Positions 36,110 through 38,908 of a DNA stretch of 38,908 nt are shown piece after piece (within the stretch, counting starts at the first letter, position 1; every line of letters begins with the position of its first letter). A program made the position numbers and the translations under genes. The notes beneath the pieces were generated by a model, which was given only the letters and a program-made list of their open reading frames with translations, did no database searches and was not told the DNA's origin. The DNA comes from Scyliorhinus canicula (Eukaryota), in the NCBI RefSeq assembly GCF_902713615.1, contig NW_024055489.1, forward strand, positions 1 through 38,908, written 5' to 3'.

Positions 36110-36313
36110 GTAAGTATTGTGGAACCTGTGACAAACAGAACCGCTTTGATTATTTTATTTACAACTTTGGTTATTTATGATACATTTATGGTACTCTGCA
36201 TAGTTCTGATTCTTGGCGAAAAATATTGACTGCAGATAAACAGTTAAAACATAATAAATCATTTTATTTGTTACAAGATCTTCTGCAAGAAATGTTAACT
36301 TGTGTTTTTGAAG

Positions 36314-36622
36314 GTGGTGGAAATTACATCCATCCAAATGTTCTCCTCACCGTGAGTTCCAATGAAGAAATCTCAAGACAGAAATTTGCAACCATCGTCT
36401 GTTCAATCAACGATTTCCGTCCAAACTCAATTAACGTGAAGTGGCTGAAGAATGGACAGGCCATGGGTTCAGGAATTGTCACCTCTCCCGCCTGTGAAGT
36501 GAACGGGAACTTCTCGGCGAGCAGTCGGCTGACAGTCTCTGGGGAATGGTTCAGCAAAGCGGTCTATACCTGCCAGGTCACTCATCAAGAGGTCATCCAA
36601 AGTCACAACGTCACCGCATCTG
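36314..36622 (+). CDS. IGHM: IgM Cmu2 exon (locus 2), open
   Basis: AG at 36312-36313, donor G|GTAAGA at 36623, 309 nt, phase 1-1; [22 protein letters not shown]...YTCQVTH C1-set domain. Confidence 0.95.
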
Positions 36623-37084
36623 GTAAGAGACACAAACAGAGGAAACAATAAATTATCCTGCATTCTGCTGTTAATCCAAATCAGGAATTTACTGAAGTTA
36701 GTACAAAACACAGAACAACTTCTAATTTACTGCCATGTGGTTTGTGTTTCATTCTGATGTAAGAGCTGCATTAGGGTTGCTCACCATTCAGGATGTTATC
36801 AGAACAGCAAAGAATGTTTCCCTCTACTTTTAAATCATTTAGTGAGTGAGGTGGACTTGATATCAGTTTTTTCTGAAACAGCTGATTATATTTCAGATGC
36901 AGTGGGTGTCTTGAATCCTTTATTGTAACAGCTCCGGGGGAAAGTGTTGAAACGTTCATCCAACCTATTTATAAATTTGCGTTCAAGACTGTGTTCCAGA
37001 GATCGGGAATTATGAATCGCATTGGGAATGCTGCAATACTGATTCATTAAAATGATACCGGGGCTAAACGACTTTCACAATAAT

Positions 37085-37395
37085 GGTTAGCACTGAGGCC
37101 TCACTGTGCCTGGGACCCGGTTCAATACTGACGCCGGGTGACTGTGTGGAGTTTACACCTTCTCCCCGTCTCTGCACGGGTTTCCTCTGCTTCGGTTTCC
37201 TCCCACAGCAAATACGTACAGTTAGGTGAATTGGTCATGCTGAATTGTCGCTGAATGTCCAATGATTAGGTGGGGTTGTGAGGCTACATGGATAGGGTGG
37301 GGGAGTTGTCCTAGGTAGAGTGCTCTTTCGAGGGTCAGTGCAGGCTCCATGGGCCGAATGGTCCTCTTCTGCACTGTAGTGATCTATGATTCTAT
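37085..37395 (+). mobile_element. HE1-like SINE in the Cmu2-Cmu3 intron
   Basis: tggttagcactgaggcctcac...gggccgaatggtcctcttctgcactgtagtgatctatgattcta. Confidence 0.85.
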
Positions 37396-37567
37396 AATAG
37401 CTTTGGCAGAACACGCTGGTTTTCTATTGTATATCGAAGATTAAAGGCGGTCTTCAGAGGTTGATATTTCGAAGTTGCTTTATTCCCATTTAGAGAGTGA
37501 AGGCTGAATCCTGCTGTCCTGATTATGAAGCTGAAACTTGGGTTAATTTTCATGTTTTCAATCACAG

Positions 37568-37876
37568 ATTCTTCCGTTTGCACTGATGCCTCAGTAACAA
37601 TACTGCCACCGCCAATAGAACAGGTCTTACTGGAGGCGACTGTAACCTTAACCTGCGTCATTTCGAATGCTCCTTATGGAGTCAACGTGTCCTGGAGTGA
37701 AGCGAAGAAGCCGCTAAAATCAGAGATTGCCGACCAGCCTGGGGCAGATACTGAGAGCGTGGTCAGCAAATTAAACATCTCGACACAAGCCTGGCTGAGT
37801 GGGGCTGTGTTTGACTGTGTGGCGAGCCATCAGGACCTGCCAACTCCTTTAAGAATTTCAATCCACAAAAAAATAG
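37568..37876 (+). CDS. IGHM: IgM Cmu3 exon (locus 2), open
   Basis: AG at 37566-37567, donor G|GTGAGC at 37877, 309 nt; [43 protein letters not shown]...[22 protein letters not shown]. Confidence 0.96.
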
Positions 37877-38094
37877 GTGAGCGGTGAGACTGAAGCAATA
37901 AGTGAGCAATTGTGTCTATTTCCAGTGTCAGAGCCCCGGTCAGTATTTAGCATTCAGTGTATTTATGGTCCGTTCTGATTGGTAATTCCACTAACTAAAT
38001 ACTCTCGGCATTTAGAGTTTCAGGGGGCAAATGATATGTAGATGAATGAACAATAAATGAAAAGCAGTGATATTGGGTTTAGATGGAGCGAGAC

Positions 38095-38908
38095 CATAGA
38101 CCCCAAGACTTACGAGCAGATGTAGGCCATTGGGCCCATCAACACCGGTCCAGCCTTCAGTGAGGTCATGACTGATCTGATGTGATAATCATCAACTCCT
38201 CTTTCCCGCCTTATCCTCATATCTCTTGATGCCTTTACTGATTTAAAATATGTCTCTCTCAACCTTGAACATACTGAACAACCCAGACTCTACAGCCCCC
38301 TGCGTTAAATAATTCCACAGCTTCGCTACCCTCTGAGAGAGGAAATTCCTTCTCATTTCTGTCTTAAATGGGCAAACCCTTATTTTGTGATCCTGCACGC
38401 TGCTCCAAGACGCTCCCACAAGGGAAAAGAACCTCTCAGCGTCTATCATAAGAAGCTCCCTGAGAACCTTTCATGTCTCACTTGGGTCGCATTCATTCTT
38501 CTAAACTCCAATAAGTACAGCCCAGCCGACTTAACCTCTCCCCATAAGAAAATCCCTCCATACTCGGGATCAGCCTCGTGATCCTTCTCTGGACTGCCTT
38601 CAAAACCAATCTGTCTTCCTTAGGTAAGGGCACCAAAACTATTCAAACTGTATCAGGTGTAGACTAACTAATGCCTTGTATAGTTTTAGCCAGACTTCCC
38701 CATCTTTATATTCTATTCCCTTTTAAATAAATGTCAACATTAAATTTGTCTCCATATTACCTGCAGAACTTGCTTTGTGTGGTTTCTGCACGAGGACCCC
38801 CAATTCCCCCGTTACTTCAGCTTCCTGCAGTCTTTCTCCATCTAAATAATATTCCGTTATGTTCTTCCTCCTCCCAAAGTGGCTAACCTCACATTTTCCT
38901 ACATTAGG
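38095..38908 (-). mobile_element. CR1 3' end (antisense) in the Cmu3-Cmu4 intron of locus 2, running off the window
   Basis: Minus-strand text PFKTEMRRNFLSQRVAKLWNYL; tail catagaccccaagacttacgagcagatgtaggccatt. Confidence 0.88.

Noticed and set aside
35812-37876. Locus 2 as IgM1gj, IgW or IgNAR
   Set aside because: It has Cmu1, Cmu2 and Cmu3 in order with IgM-type sequences, whereas IgM1gj lacks Cmu2; Cmu1 carries the light-chain-binding Cys motif.

Overview
Eukaryotic DNA from a cartilaginous fish. The IgM sequences are shark-type, and the SINE families look like those I associate with catsharks (Scyliorhinus), which is an inference. The window opens with the 3' end of an IgM heavy-chain gene: Cmu4 plus secretory tail at 704-1095, TM1 at 4649-4776 and TM2 at 4917-4925. 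It closes with the constant region of a second, co-oriented IgM gene: Cmu1 35812-36109 with a 2-nt frameshift, Cmu2 36314-36622 and Cmu3 37568-37876. I find no VH, D, JH or RSS between them, but a 100-N assembly gap (34356-34455) lies 1.36 kb upstream of Cmu1. The ~29 kb in between holds at least nine related C2H2 zinc-finger exon units in both orientations. Only one (33660-34250, minus) has a clean ORF. They come with GC-rich promoter-like islands and many SINE, CR1, L1-like, RTE, L2 and Penelope-like fragments and minisatellites. The most notable signals are: an AGCT-dense 29-bp array just upstream of Cmu1, the Cmu1 frameshift, a repeated ZNF cassette with shared dead leader fingers, recognition-helix-restricted divergence in a 4-finger duplication, a fixed-spacing YY1-NRF1 motif pair, a hammerhead ribozyme in the Penelope element, and a 48-nt templated copy across the Cmu4 exon. 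Most entries of the supplied ORF track are spurious because they ignore splicing and come from repeats. Exon boundaries were counted by hand; repeat boundaries are approximate and repeat family names come from recognition, not a database search.
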